Source: an uncultured Chitinophagaceae bacterium (GTDB lineage: Bacteria; Bacteroidota; Bacteroidia; Chitinophagales; Chitinophagaceae). From it: DNA of 64,000 bases. The position numbers and the translations under genes are program-made. The stretch covers positions 36,551 to 100,550 of the forward strand of contig CAVQUL010000008.1 in NCBI GenBank assembly GCA_963716885.1. The letters run 5' to 3'. This document shows, in pieces, positions 46,598-58,943 of this stretch. Under the pieces are notes generated by a model, which did not search any database, was not told the DNA's origin, and worked only from the letters and a program-made list of their open reading frames with translations. Within the stretch, counting starts at the first letter, position 1. Every line of letters starts with the position of its first letter.

Positions 46598-48219
46598 ATG
46601 GGAACTTTTTTATTGATCATTGGAATTATTGGTTGGCATATTGGTATGTATGGTATGTTTAAAAAAGCTGGGATTGAAAGTTGGAAAGCTTTTGTGCCAT
46701 TTTATAATACATGGTTAATTGTAGAAAAGTGTAACATAAAAAAATATTGGTTTTGGTTACAACTCATTCCCATTGCTGGACAGTTTATCACTATTTGGAT
46801 AACGATTATTTTCACGATGCACTTTAATCGTGCAAATCTTATTCACCACACATTTGCAACACTTTTACCATTTATTTATTTTCCATATTTAGGATTTTCA
46901 AAGAACGAAAAATTTGTTGGACAATCTGCTTTCGATAAATATAAAAAACCTGCTTCTCGTGAATGGATAGATGCAGCAGTTTTTGCCATTGTTGCAGCAA
47001 CGATTATTCGAACTTTTGTTTTTGAGCCTTATGTTATCCCAACTGGTTCTATGGAAAAAACGATGCAAGTAAATGACTTTTTATTCGTGAATAAAATGAG
47101 CTATGGACAAAGAATTCCTAAAACGCCATTGAGTTTTCCATTTGTTCATAATCTCTTGCCAATGTCGCAAAAAGCTTCATATTTAAAATGGATACAATTA
47201 GATTATAAAAGATTACCAGGCTTTAATACTATAGAAAGAAATGACGTTGTTGTTTTTAATTTTCCTGAAGGAGATACAGTAATTAATTTGGCTGATTATG
47301 GTTCTGCACGTCCTTATTATTCTGCTCTAAGAACCTTATCGTTCTTAAATCCTGATGATATTGCTATTGCAAAAAATGGTAGTGTTAGAGGAATAAATGA
47401 AGTAAGGTATCCAGATGAAACTACTCTAAAAAATGTTTTAAATGATAATGATTTAATATTAGTTCATCCTTACGATAAAGCAGACAATTATATTAAACGT
47501 TGTGTAGCTATTCCTGGAGATAAATTGCAAATCATTAATGGTGTTTTATACATCAATAATGAAAAAGCAGTTGTTCCAGAAAATTCGCAGGTAACGTATC
47601 AAGTAACTTCTGAAAAGAAGAGATTTGATTTGAATGAATGGGATAAGGAATTAGGCATTAATATTCGAAATGATCAGGGTTATAAAGAATTAAGAAGTGA
47701 AATTGAAGATCAGTTTTTGAATTCTGGTACAGCATCCATTGCATTAACAAAATCGGATAGTGTAAAGATTTCTAAAATACCTGGAATACTTTCTATCAAA
47801 CAAGTATTTGATTCTTTCATGCCTTTTTTAGGGCAGCATATTTTCTTTCCATTTGATTCTACAAATTATCATAATAGTCTTGATAATTTTGGACCAATTA
47901 CCATTCCTAAAAAAGGAGTTACAGTTAATATCAATACATCAAATATTAATGTTGTACAAAAGAATAATTGAAAATTATGAATCTCATGCATTAGAAATTA
48001 AAGCAAGATGGTTCAATTGTTATTGATGGTAAACCAAGTTCTACTTATACTTTTAAATACGATTATTATTGGATGATGGGAGATAATAGACATAATAGTC
48101 AAGATAGCAGATTCTGGGGTTTTGTACCAGAAACTCATATTGTTGGAAAAGCAACACTGATATGGTTTAGCTGGGATGGTGGACCAAGATGGAGTAGAAT
48201 ATTTAAGAAAATTAAATAA
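46598..48219 (+). pseudogene. lepB: Signal peptidase I (long Bacteroidota form with N-terminal membrane module); frame broken twice near 47945 and 48005
   Basis: IPTGSMEKTM (catalytic Ser) in the main [26 protein letters not shown]...[11 protein letters not shown] lies in the downstream frame, stop 48217-48219. Confidence 0.85.
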
Positions 48220-48994
48220 GCTTTTCTCTCAATAAATAGTTTTCAATACTGCTAAATTCAGCTTCTTGTTTTAAATCATTTACAAGTTTATAAAGCCTGT
48301 TCAACAATTCTTCACCACAAGGTTTTCTGGTATATTTTGGTAAGCAATTGTAATGGTCAATATTTGTAAACTCCCAAGGGTGAAAATACAAGCTTAAATA
48401 ACCATATTTATTTAGCGTTTGCAAAGCCAATTTTTTATAGAACCAATAAGGAAAATTTTTGAAACTCAACCAAAATAGAGGCACTCTAAAATTTGGAGTT
48501 ACTGCAGTAGGAACTCGAATAATTCCTTCATCGGTATATATAGTTTTTGAAACTTTAAGATTGTTATATCTGCCAGGAATTAATGTTGGGTTTATCGAAG
48601 AATCGTATAAATAGCCAGCTTTTATAACTTTGCTCATTTCAACTTTTCTAAGTCTTGGCATTCTTAAACCAACAACTTTATTTTGAATAATACTTTCTAA
48701 TTTTTCTTTTGAATCTAATAAATCTTTATTTGAAAATGTTGAATGATAAAAACTATGAGAAGCAATTTCATGCTTTTCAGAAAGTTTCTTAGTTTCTTCA
48801 GGAAAATGCTGAGCAAAATTAGCTGTAGTAAAAAGTGTAGTTTGTATAAAAGATTCATTCAATAATGGAGTAATTGCATTTAGTCCATCAAACCCAATTT
48901 TCATTTGCTCTTGATTCGAAATTGGATTTCCATATTCTAAAGGCAAATCAAATTCCTCTACATCAAAAGTTAGAAATATGGTGCTTTCATTCAT
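48212..48994 (-). CDS. Polysaccharide deacetylase-family protein (ArnD-like)
   Basis: [11 protein letters not shown] start and HSFYH motif of NodB/ArnD-type deacetylases. Abuts the GT2 gene upstream. Confidence 0.65.
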   Translation of the reverse strand: MNESTIFLTFDVEEFDLPLEYGNPISNQEQMKIGFDGLNAITPLLNESFIQTTLFTTANFAQHFPEETKKLSEKHEIASHSFYHSTFSNKDLLDSKEKLESIIQNKVVGLRMPRLRKVEMSKVIKAGYLYDSSINPTLIPGRYNNLKVSKTIYTDEGIIRVPTAVTPNFRVPLFWLSFKNFPYWFYKKLALQTLNKYGYLSLYFHPWEFTNIDHYNCLPKYTRKPCGEELLNRLYKLVNDLKQEAEFSSIENYLLREKLI

Positions 48995-48995
48995 T

Positions 48996-49922
48996 TTAAA
49001 TATTAGTTTCTTTAATAATAAAATGAGGTCTATTCTTCGATTGCATAAAAAGTTTGCCTAAATACAAGCCAATAATACCAAGTATCATCAACTGTAAACC
49101 TCCAAAAAAAGCAATGGTTACAATAACTGAAGTCCAACCAGAAATTGCCCAATTATTAATATAACTCACAATAGCATAAGGAATATATAAAAGTGATAAT
49201 AAAGAAAAGATAAAACCCAAATAAATTGCAATGTTCAAAGGTTTAGTACTAAAAGAAGTAATGCCTTTTAATGCCAAACGAGTCAATTCTTTTTTATTGT
49301 ATTTTGTTTCTCCAGAAAATCTTTCATTAGGTGTATATGGAATACTTTTTTGATTGAAGCCAACCCATTTAACTAAGCCTCTATAAAATGGATCATTTTC
49401 TGGCAATGCATTTAACACATCAACAACTTTTCTATCTAATAATCTATAATCTGCAGTGCCATCTTCTAATTCAATATCAGAAAGTTTATTGATGGTTTTA
49501 TAAAATAAGGTTGAACTAAAATTGTTTATTGATGAAGTGTGTAAATTTTTATCTTCTCTAAAAGCATAAACAACATCATTACCTTCAAGCCACAAACTTA
49601 TCATATCATTGATGAGTGCTGGAGGATGTTGTAAATCTGCATCTAAAGTTATGATAGCATTTCCTGAAGCTTTTTTTAAACCAGCACATAGTGCATTATC
49701 TTTTCCAAAATTTCTAGAAAATAAAATATATTTTATGGTTGAATTATTTTCAGATAATTCTTTTATTACTTGGGCCGTATCATCTTTACTACCATCATCT
49801 ATAAAAATAATTTCATACTGATGTTCATTAATAGAAAAAACTTCTTCAATAGCTTTTGTAATAGCTATCACATTTTTTTCTTCATTGAATGCAGGAATTA
49901 CAATGCTAATTTTTAAAGACAT
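48996..49922 (-). CDS. Family 2 glycosyltransferase, polyprenyl-phosphate sugar transferase type (ArnC/DPM1-like)
   Basis: ISIVIPAFNEE, IFIDDGSKDDT, TLDADLQHPP, two C-terminal TM helices. Confidence 0.8.
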   Translation of the reverse strand: MSLKISIVIPAFNEEKNVIAITKAIEEVFSINEHQYEIIFIDDGSKDDTAQVIKELSENNSTIKYILFSRNFGKDNALCAGLKKASGNAIITLDADLQHPPALINDMISLWLEGNDVVYAFREDKNLHTSSINNFSSTLFYKTINKLSDIELEDGTADYRLLDRKVVDVLNALPENDPFYRGLVKWVGFNQKSIPYTPNERFSGETKYNKKELTRLALKGITSFSTKPLNIAIYLGFIFSLLSLLYIPYAIVSYINNWAISGWTSVIVTIAFFGGLQLMILGIIGLYLGKLFMQSKNRPHFIIKETNI

Positions 49923-50020
49923 TGATGTGGTTATATTAGTTTTGGATTGCTAAATTATATCTTAGATAATTATTTTAATCTAAAATGATTATCTGAATCA
50001 CAAATTATTGAATAAAAACG

Positions 50021-50656
50021 ATGAAAACCATAGAAAAAGTATTTGACTCATTTAGTGCAGACTTGATAAATGAGATTAAAGAAAACGCCATATATAGAAC
50101 TTATGAGAAAGATGAAGTATTGATGAAAACTGGTCAATACATTAAATCTACAGTTCTTGTTTTGAGTGGGAAAATTAAGATTTATAGAGAAGATGAAAAT
50201 GGCAACGAGTTTTTTATGTATTATTTAAATCCAGGGCAAGCATGTGCAATTTCAATGATTTGTGCTGCTAAAATGGAAACCAGTCAAGTTATGGCAAAAG
50301 TTGTTGAAAGTTCTGATGTGGCTATGATACCCATTCAAAATATGAATCAGTTGATGGCAAATCACAAGAGTTGGTATGAGTTTGTAATTGAAACTTATAA
50401 AATTCGTTTTGAAGAAATATTAGAAGTGGTTGATCAAATTGCTTTTAGTAATATGGATGAAAGATTGGAATTTTATTTAAAACGTGTAATAAAAAATAAT
50501 CAATCCAATACAATAACAACATCTCATCAGGAAATTGCTAATGACATTAATACTTCAAGAGAAGTAGTATCACGATTACTAAAAAAAATGGAACAAAAGC
50601 AATGGCTAATTTTAAATAGAAATAGTATCGAAATTATTCAATTACCAACTTTGTGA
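50021..50656 (+). CDS. Crp/Fnr-family transcriptional regulator
   Basis: cNMP-binding-like N-domain and C-terminal HTH (SHQEIANDINTSREVVSRLLKKM). Confidence 0.85.
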   Translation: MKTIEKVFDSFSADLINEIKENAIYRTYEKDEVLMKTGQYIKSTVLVLSGKIKIYREDENGNEFFMYYLNPGQACAISMICAAKMETSQVMAKVVESSDVAMIPIQNMNQLMANHKSWYEFVIETYKIRFEEILEVVDQIAFSNMDERLEFYLKRVIKNNQSNTITTSHQEIANDINTSREVVSRLLKKMEQKQWLILNRNSIEIIQLPTL

Positions 50657-50716
50657 TAATAATTACAATCATTAAAATGCAAAAACATGAATATTGCAAA
50701 TACTAAATAACATATT

Positions 50717-51505
50717 TTGGAAATTCTTGGATACATTTTATCAATTTTAATTGGTGTTTCATTGGGTTTAATTGGTGGTGGTGGATCTATTTTGACCATT
50801 CCAATTGTAGTATATTTATTTCATGTTGAGCCATTATTAGCTACCAGTTATTCATTATTTATAGTTGGACTTTCATCTTTAGTTGGAACAAAAAGACATT
50901 ATTCATTAGGTAATATAAAAATTAGTATTGCTTTATATTTTGCTTTGCCTTCTGTTATTTCAATTTTAATAACACGTAAGATTTTAATTCCACTTATACC
51001 AGACCAAATATTTCAAGTTAATGACTTCATTCTAACCAAGAATATTTTAACAATGATTGTGTTTGCTGTATTAATGATTGCAGCATCAATTTCAATGATT
51101 AAACAAAAAAAATATAAGAAAGAAGATTCAAATGCACCCAATAATTCTCAGTTAATGATGTATGGATTTTTGATTGGAATAATAACTGGCTTTCTTGGTG
51201 CTGGAGGAGGATTTTTAATAATTCCAGTTTTAATATTTTTTGCAAAACTAGATATGAAGCAAGCTGTAGGAACTTCATTGCTAATTATCTCAGTAAATTC
51301 ATTAATTGGTTTTGTTGGAGATTTGTTTAATCAAGTTCCAATCGATTGGATTTTGTTATCATCAATAAGTCTATTTGCAATTTTAGGAATATTTATAGGC
51401 ACTCAACTTTCTAAAAAAATTGCAGGAGATAAATTAAAACCATTATTTGGTTGGTTTGTATTCATCATGGGATGTTATATAATAATTAAAGAAATATTTT
51501 TTTAA
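50717..51505 (+). CDS. TauE/SafE-family sulfite/anion exporter
   Basis: Polytopic membrane protein with the duplicated GGGGSIL / GAGGGFLIIP motifs. TTG start. Confidence 0.8.
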   Translation: MEILGYILSILIGVSLGLIGGGGSILTIPIVVYLFHVEPLLATSYSLFIVGLSSLVGTKRHYSLGNIKISIALYFALPSVISILITRKILIPLIPDQIFQVNDFILTKNILTMIVFAVLMIAASISMIKQKKYKKEDSNAPNNSQLMMYGFLIGIITGFLGAGGGFLIIPVLIFFAKLDMKQAVGTSLLIISVNSLIGFVGDLFNQVPIDWILLSSISLFAILGIFIGTQLSKKIAGDKLKPLFGWFVFIMGCYIIIKEIFF

Positions 51506-51508
51506 ATT

Positions 51509-52093
51509 ATGGGAACTCTTGATAAAGATTTTTGGAACAATAGATACATTACTAGAACAACTCAGTGGGATTTAGGAACTGTTTCTCCACCTCTAAAAAA
51601 TTACATTGATCAATTAGAAAACAAAGACTTAAAAATATTAATTCCTGGTTGTGGAAATGCTTATGAAGCAGAATACTTATTAAAAAAGGGTTTTAAAAAT
51701 ATTACATTAATTGATATTGCGAAAGATTTAGTTCAAAGCCTGCAAACTAATTTTCAAAATAATTCTCATATAAAAATTATTGAAGATGATTTTTTTAAAC
51801 ATGATGGTAAATATGATTTGATTATAGAACAGACTTTTTTTTGTGCCTTAAACAAAGATTTAAGATTGGCATATGCAAAAAAAATGTATGAATTATTGAA
51901 TAAAGATGGAAAACTTGTTGGTGTTTTATTCAATAAAGAATTTGAAACTGAAGGTCCACCTTTTGGAGGTTGCATGGAAGAATATAAAAATTATTTTAAT
52001 CCATATTTCAAGATTAATGTAGCAGAAAAATGTTATAACTCTTTTGTAAAAAGAGCAGATAGCGAATTGTTCATCATCTTGCAAAAAAAATAA
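51509..52093 (+). CDS. TPMT-like class I SAM-dependent methyltransferase
   Basis: FWNNRY...WDLG... start and ILIPGCGNAYE motif, as in thiopurine/thiol/halide methyltransferases. Confidence 0.65.
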   Translation: MGTLDKDFWNNRYITRTTQWDLGTVSPPLKNYIDQLENKDLKILIPGCGNAYEAEYLLKKGFKNITLIDIAKDLVQSLQTNFQNNSHIKIIEDDFFKHDGKYDLIIEQTFFCALNKDLRLAYAKKMYELLNKDGKLVGVLFNKEFETEGPPFGGCMEEYKNYFNPYFKINVAEKCYNSFVKRADSELFIILQKK

Positions 52094-52173
52094 ATCTTTA
52101 ACAATTTTAATAATGTAACAATTGTCACCAAAACTTCAACTTGGAAACAGGAAGTTTGCACAAAATAGAAAAT

Positions 52174-53584
52174 ATGAAAGTAGAACAAATTTATACTGGT
52201 TGTTTAGCTCAAGGAACTTACTATATTACATCTAATGGAGAAGCTGCCATTATTGATCCATTACGAGAAGTACAGCCCTACATTGACAGAGCTAGAAAGA
52301 GATAACGTAAAACTTAAATACATTTTTGAAACACATTTTCATGCAGATTTTGTTAGTGGTCACATTGATTTAGCAAAAAAAACAGGTGCTCAAATCGTTT
52401 ATGGTCCAACTGCAAATCCAGAATTTGAAGCAATTATTGCTACAGATAATCAAATTTTTAAAATTGGAAATGTGAAAATTAAAGTGTTGCATACTCCTGG
52501 TCATACCATGGAAAGCACAACTTTTTTATTGATAGATGAAAAAGGAAAAGATCATGCAATTTTTAGTGGTGATACTTTGTTTTTAGGAGATGTTGGAAGA
52601 CCAGATTTAGCACAAAAAGCTGCTGAATTGACTCAGGAAGATTTAGCAGGTTTTTTATATGATAGTTTGATGAATAAAATAATGCCTTTAGCAGATGATG
52701 TAATTGTTTATCCTGCTCATGGAGCTGGTAGTGCTTGTGGAAAAAATATGATGAAAGAAACTGTAGATACTTTGGGTCATCAAAAAGAAATAAACTACGC
52801 ATTAAATCAACCTAATAAAGAGAGTTTTATTAATGCTGTTTTGGATGGATTGCAACAGCCACCAGCTTATTTTGGGATGAATGTAGCTATGAATAAAAAA
52901 GGATATGAGAGTTTCGATAATGTATTAAAAAAAGGAATAAGTGCATTAAATCCAAAAGAATTTGAAGCCATTGCAAATACAATTGATGCAATAATTTTAG
53001 ACACCAGAAATGCAAGTGATTTCTATAAAGGATTTATTCCACAATCTATCAATATTGGAATTGATGGTGATTTTGCACCTTGGGTGGGTTCACTTTTAGT
53101 AGATGTTAAACAACCATTATTAGTTGTTTGTGATGAGAATAGAGAAGAGGAAGTGATTACAAGATTATCTCGTGTTGGGTTTGATCATGTATTAGGTTTT
53201 TTAGAAGGAGGAATTAATAAATGGAAAGAAGCAGGATTTGAAATTGATAAAGTTGAAAGAATAAGTGCTGAAGATTTTGCAAAAAAGGCGATTATAAATG
53301 AAGATAAAATAATTGATGTTAGAAAAGATAGTGAGTATGAAGCTGAGCATATTGAAAATGCTTACAGCAGACCATTAATTAAAATCAATTCTTGGATGAG
53401 TGAAGTTAATCCAATTGAGCATTTTTATTTACACTGTGCTGGTGGTTATAGAAGTATGATTGCAGCAAGTATTTTACAGGCTAGAGGCTTTAGAAATTTT
53501 ACTGAGGTTGATGGGGGCTTTAATTGTATTAAAAATACTGATGTTCCAAAAAGCAATTTTGTTTGTCAATCTAAAACCATATAA
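52174..53584 (+). pseudogene. MBL-fold hydrolase (persulfide dioxygenase-like) fused to two rhodanese domains; frame broken once near 52300
   Basis: ATG 52174 gives MKVEQIYTGCLAQGTYYITSNGEAAIIDPLREVQPYIDRA... and the frame then shifts into ORF 52235-53584 (ETHFHADFVSGH, HTPGHT, C-terminal HCAGGYRS rhodanese loop). Confidence 0.8.
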
Positions 53585-53586
53585 TC

Positions 53587-53901
53587 ATGATATCATTTAT
53601 AAAAAACTTATTTACAGATAATAGTGTAGCATTAAAAGAAGTGTTAAACTCTAAACCTTTTTTGGTAGATGTTAGGTCGCCTCAAGAATTTAATGCAGGT
53701 CATGTTAAAGGTTCAGTAAACATTCCAGTTGGCACTGTTATTGCTAATATTAGTAAGTTCAAAAACAAAAATCATATTGTTGTTTTTTGTAGAAGTGGAA
53801 GTAGAAGCAGTATGGCAAAAGACATTTTGATTAATAATGGCATTACCAATGTTACAAATGGAGGAACTTGGGTTAAAATTAATAACCTAATAAATAGTTA
53901 A
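53587..53901 (+). CDS. Single-domain rhodanese
   Basis: DVRSPQEFNAGHVKGSVNIP and the active-site loop FCRSGSRS. Confidence 0.85.
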   Translation: MISFIKNLFTDNSVALKEVLNSKPFLVDVRSPQEFNAGHVKGSVNIPVGTVIANISKFKNKNHIVVFCRSGSRSSMAKDILINNGITNVTNGGTWVKINNLINS

Positions 53902-54144
53902 ATGAAACATCAAATTTTTAGTAATTGGAACTTATTTAGAATTTTAAGATTTGTGCTTGGAATTGTAATAATGATTCAAGCTATTTATTCTCATAATTAT
54001 ACTTTTGGTATAATTGGATTACTTTTTTCTGTAATGTCTGTATTTAATATTGGTTGTTGTGGAGGCACTTGTACTACAAATAATTTTTCAAAATCAAATG
54101 AACCTGAGGATATAACTTATGAAGAAGTGGATTCAACAAAATAA
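53902..54144 (+). CDS. Small two-TM membrane protein with GCCGGTC motif (DUF2892/YgaP-TM-like)
   Basis: 80 aa, two hydrophobic helices, then NIGCCGGTCTT. Start abuts the rhodanese stop. Confidence 0.5.
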   Translation: MKHQIFSNWNLFRILRFVLGIVIMIQAIYSHNYTFGIIGLLFSVMSVFNIGCCGGTCTTNNFSKSNEPEDITYEEVDSTK

Positions 54145-54322
54145 ATTAATCATTTTTGGTGCAATAATTGGAGGTCTTTTAGGCTTTATATATTATTATT
54201 TTATTGGTTGTTCAAGTGGCAGTTGTGCTATAACCTCAAAACCCTTAAATAGTACAATTTATGGTGCTTTGTTGGGTGGCTTAGTTATTAGTTTATTTAA
54301 ACAAAAAAAGCATGAAGTTTAA
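54119..54322 (+). CDS. Small two-TM membrane protein with GCSSGSC motif
   Basis: 67 aa: helix, FIGCSSGSCAITSKP, helix. Overlaps the upstream gene by 26 nt and the downstream trxA by 11 nt. Confidence 0.5.
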   Translation: MKKWIQQNKLIIFGAIIGGLLGFIYYYFIGCSSGSCAITSKPLNSTIYGALLGGLVISLFKQKKHEV

Positions 54323-54605
54323 CGAAATTATATCACAAGATAAACCTGTATTGGTTGATTTTTTTGCCGAATGGTGTGGTCCCTGCAAAATGATGTCTCC
54401 TATTTTAAAAGAGGTTAAAGATGTTGTAGGAGAGAAAGTAAGTATCATTAAACTTGATGTTGATAAAAATCCACAAACTGCCAATCAATATCAAGTTCAA
54501 GGTGTACCAACTTTAATTTTGTTTAAAAATGGCAAAATTATTTGGCGAAAAAGTGGTGTTGTGCCTAAATCTGAACTTTTACAAATCATAAATAATTATA
54601 ATTAG
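54312..54605 (+). CDS. trxA: Thioredoxin
   Basis: VLVDFFAEWCGPCKM, 97 aa. Confidence 0.9.
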   Translation: MKFNEIISQDKPVLVDFFAEWCGPCKMMSPILKEVKDVVGEKVSIIKLDVDKNPQTANQYQVQGVPTLILFKNGKIIWRKSGVVPKSELLQIINNYN

Positions 54606-54643
54606 TTATTTTTATTCACTCAAAATATTAATCACATAAAAAC

Positions 54644-55378
54644 ATGATGAAATTATCTCTCTATTTTATAGCAATTTGCACAACAAGTTTTAGTATTATT
54701 TCTTGTTCACAAAGTTCTAAAGCAAATGTTCGTTTATTGCCTGCTACAGAATTTAAAGCTGAATTAGAAATATTTGATGATAAAATTTTAGTAGATGTTA
54801 GAACACCTGAAGAATATGCTGCTGGCCATATTTCGAGTGCAATAAATATTAATGTTTTAGATGGTAATTTCAAAAATGAAATTAATAACCTTGATAAAGC
54901 AAAAGCCATATTTGTTTATTGTAAGGTTGGTGGACGAAGTGCAGATGCTGCCAATATATTATCTAAAAATAATTTTAAAAACGTTATTGATTTAAAAGGT
55001 GGTTTAATGGCATGGCAAGCCAATAATTTTGAAGTAGATGATAAAGTTGTAATACCCATAAATAGTGAAGAATATGGATTAAAAGATGTTGAAAAAATGG
55101 TATCAACAAACGACTTTGTAATTATAGATTATTATGCAGAATGGTGTGGTCCTTGTAAAAGATTAGAACCCATGCTTAAGAAATTTCAAACTGAATTTGG
55201 GAATAAGCTAGTAGTTAAAAGAATTGATATTGACAAATCTCCAAGCTTAGCAGAGTTTTATAGAATTAACTCAATTCCCTTAATGCATTTCTATAAAAAA
55301 GGTAAACTGGTAAACCAAATGCTAGGCTTGCCTTATGAGGCTGATTTAAAAAACGAAATTCAGAAGTATACAAAATAG
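54644..55378 (+). CDS. Lipoprotein with rhodanese + thioredoxin domains
   Basis: Lipobox (IISC), DVRTPEEYAAGHISSAINI / YCKVGGRS rhodanese loop, then YAEWCGPCKR thioredoxin motif. Confidence 0.8.
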   Translation: MMKLSLYFIAICTTSFSIISCSQSSKANVRLLPATEFKAELEIFDDKILVDVRTPEEYAAGHISSAININVLDGNFKNEINNLDKAKAIFVYCKVGGRSADAANILSKNNFKNVIDLKGGLMAWQANNFEVDDKVVIPINSEEYGLKDVEKMVSTNDFVIIDYYAEWCGPCKRLEPMLKKFQTEFGNKLVVKRIDIDKSPSLAEFYRINSIPLMHFYKKGKLVNQMLGLPYEADLKNEIQKYTK

Positions 55379-55400
55379 AATATTAAATTATTTAAATAAA

Positions 55401-55435
55401 AGCACTAGTACACAAAATGGCTAGTGCTTTTTTTG
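55401..55435 (+). terminator. Rho-independent terminator ending the sulfur cluster
   Basis: AGCACTAG (55401-55408) / CTAGTGCT (55421-55428), followed by a T-run. Confidence 0.7.
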
Positions 55436-55634
55436 TGAAGTTTTTTATCTTTTACTTTTATTGGGTACAATATTTATTTTAAAATTCAAGTATTTGATAT
55501 ATTATTTAAAGAAAAAGTAAAACTAAAAATAGTTATCCACTTTATTAATAAACAAGAATTACATTCCTAAAGTATTCCACACAGTTTAAATAAACAACTA
55601 AGTTTTATAATTTACACAATTATTTTGTGTTGTT

Positions 55635-58130
55635 ATGACGAATAAGTTAAAATCAAAGCCACAGCTTAATCCTGATAAATTGAATGAGGATAAAGAACCT
55701 GTAGTTACAATCTCTGAGGTTGTCAAGGACGAACGAACTAGTAAAATCTTTGGAACATTTTCAATTGGCTTTGCTATCTTTTTATTTATATCAATTGTTT
55801 CTTATTTATTTAGTTGGCAAGAAGATCAAGACACAGTTTTTAATGCTGGGTTAAAAATATTTTCATCCGATGCTCCAATAGTTCATAATTTTTTTGGAGC
55901 ATTAGGGGCATTTACTGCACATAATTTGGTTTTTAATGGATTTGGTGTTGCCTCAATTGTAATTTCATCTTTCTTTTTTGTTTTTGGTGTAAACATGTTT
56001 TTTTCAAAACCTGTTTTTTCTATTACAAAGAATGTAAAATATGTTTTGATTTCATTGGTAATTCTAAGTACAAGTTTGGCTTTTATAACAACTCAAAGTC
56101 AATTAAGTTGGGGTGGTGCAGTAGGAAATTATTTAAATAAATGGTTGAATGCTACAATTGGTAGATTAGGTACAGGCTTAGCATTACTAATGGGTTATTT
56201 TATTTATTTCATTTGGAAATTTAATCCAAAATTTAGTTTGCCAGAAAGAAGCAAAATTGTGCAAGATGAAGTTGCTGATGCCTCAAATTCTGAAAGTAAA
56301 TTATTTATAGATGATGATTTAGTAGATGATAAAATTGAACTCAAGTTGAATGAAAGTGATGGATTATCTGGAAATAAATTAAAGTCTGATGCAGGAATTG
56401 TATCTGTGATTTTACCAGATGAAGATCAAATCAGTTTTAATATTGATGAAAAAGAAGAGGAAGAAATAGATCCAGAACATGCTTCAAGATTCGAAGAAAT
56501 TGATCAACTCCCAAAACAAAAATTTACTGCTAAACCAGCTAGTGATTTGCCTTTGGAAATAAAAGATGTTGAAGAAGAAGTTGCAGAAAATCCAAAGCCT
56601 AAATCTAAAACTGTTGAAATGGCTAACTATGAGCCAACCTTAGATTTAAGCAATTATAAATATCCTTCAATTGATTTATTAGAAACTCATGGAAGCGAAA
56701 AAATTGTTCATGATCCTACAGAATTAGAAACCAATAAAAATCAAATCATAGCTACTTTAAAAAACTATGATATCGATATTCAAAGAATTGCAGCTACAGT
56801 TGGACCAACAGTAACATTATATGAAATTGTTCCTGCACCTGGTGTAAGAATTAGTAGAATCAAAAACTTAGAAGATGATATTGCTTTAAGTCTAGCTGCA
56901 CTTGGCATTAGAATTATTGCACCAATTCCTGGTAAAGGAACAATTGGTATTGAAGTGCCTAATATTAAGAAGACTGTTGTCAGTATGAAATCACTCATCA
57001 GCAGTGAAAAATTTCAAAAAAATAATTTTTCTCTACCAATAGCTATTGGTAAAAAAATTGATAATGAAAACTTCATTGTGGATTTAACAACTATGCCTCA
57101 CTTATTAATGGCTGGTGCAACTGGACAAGGAAAATCTGTTGGTATTAATACATTATTGGTTTCATTACTCTATCAAAAAGCATCCCTCTCAACTTAAAGT
57201 TTGTTTTAGTAGATCCTAAAAAAGTGGAGTTAAGTTTATATAAGGTTATCGAAAAACATTTCTTGGCAAAACTTCCTGGAGAAGATGATCAGTATTATAA
57301 CCGATACAAAAAAAGTTGTTCATACTTTAAATGCTTTATGTATTGAAATGGATAATCGTTACGATCTTTTAAAAGAAGCTGGTTGTAGAAATATTAAAGA
57401 GTACAATGAAAAATTTGTTGCAACGAAAACTTAAATCCACAAAAAGGACATCAATTTTTACCATTTATTGTTTTAGTTGTTGATGAATTTGCAGATTTAA
57501 TTATGACTGCTGGCAAAGAAATTGAAATGCCAATTGCTCGTTTAGCTCAGTTAGCACGAGCTGTTGGTATTCATTTAATAATTGCTACACAAAGACCTTC
57601 TGTTAATATTATTACAGGTACAATTAAAGCAAATTTCCCTGCACGTATTGCTTTTAAAGTTTCGAGTCAAAATTGATAGTAGAACTATTTTAGATGTTGG
57701 TGGAGCAGAACAATTGATTGGTAAAGGTGATATGCTAATTAGTTATAATGGAGAAATTACTCGTTTGCAATGTGCTTTTGTTGATACGCCTGAGGTAGAT
57801 AGAATTTGTGAAGAAATAGGAAAACAACAAGGATATCCAGAACCATTTTATTTGCCAGAATATGTTGATGAAAAAGAAATGGAATCGAAAGATTTTGACG
57901 TAAATGATAGAGATCCATTGTTTGCAGATGCTGCTAGATTGATAGTGCAAAACCAAGTAGGAAGTACATCCTTAATTCAAAGAAGAATGAAGCTTGGATA
58001 CAATAGAGCAGGAAGATTAATGGATCAATTGGAACGAGAAGGAATTGTAGGTCCAAATTTAGGTAGCAAAGCCAGAGATGTACGTTTTAAAACAGAAGCA
58101 GAGCTAGATGAATATCTTTCTAATTCTTAA
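55635..58130 (+). pseudogene. ftsK: DNA translocase FtsK/SpoIIIE; frame broken at least 4 times between ~57185 and ~57670
   Basis: N-terminal TM region and acidic linker, Walker A GATGQGKSV. The inter-ORF stretch reads KFVLVDPKKVEL..., [18 protein letters not shown] in shifting frames. C-terminal gamma domain STSLIQRRMKLGYNRAGRLMDQLE. Confidence 0.85.
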
Positions 58131-58192
58131 TTAAGTCATCAACTTCAAAAACTAACTTTTCATTAACTCCTTTACTACTATTTTTGTTGCCT

Positions 58193-58923
58193 ATGTGGAT
58201 GATTTGTAAAAAGGAATGGCAACAGTTTTTTAATAGCATAACAGGCTTTGCAGTAATTGCATTGTTTTTAATTTTAAACGGACTTTTACTTTTTGTTTTT
58301 CCAGAAACTAGTATTTTAAATTTTGGATATGCTTCTCTCTCAAGTTATTTTAATTATGCACCTTGGGTATTGTTGTTTTTAATTCCTGCAATTACAATGA
58401 AAAGTTTTCCTGAAGAGTATAAATCAGGAACTTTTGAACTCATCAAAACCTTACCCATCAGTGATTTTCAGATTGTACTAGGAAAATATTTTGGATGTTT
58501 ATTAATTGGATTAACTGCAGTTCTTCCAACAATTGTTTATGCATTTTCTGTACAAGCATTAAGTTCTACCACAGGAATTGATATTGCTGCAACATTGGGA
58601 AGCTATTTTAGCATTGTTCTTTTTGATTGCAGTTTATACTGCTTCAGGTATTGCAGTTGCAAGTTTTACAAATAACACAGTTGTTGCTTTTATTGCTGCA
58701 GCTTTTATTTGCTTTTTATTATACAATGGTTTTGAAGCCATAAGCAAATTGCCAATACTTAAAGGGAGTATATGATTATGTAGTAGAATTATTAGGAATC
58801 AATTTTCATTATAAAAGTATGAGTAGGGGAGTGATTGATTCAAAAGATGTGATCTATTTTGTTGCTGTGATTGTTTTATTACTCACCATCACTCAACAAA
58901 AAATTATGAATAAAATTAGCTAG
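58193..58923 (+). pseudogene. gldF: Gliding-motility ABC transporter permease GldF; frame broken about twice
   Basis: ABC-2-type permease helices across ORFs 58184-58675 and 58578-58775, plus a third frame ending ...VIVLLLTITQQKIMNKIS, stop 58921-58923. Immediately upstream of a gldG-like gene. Confidence 0.65.
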
Positions 58924-58943
58924 GTTATTAATTAGTGAATTAA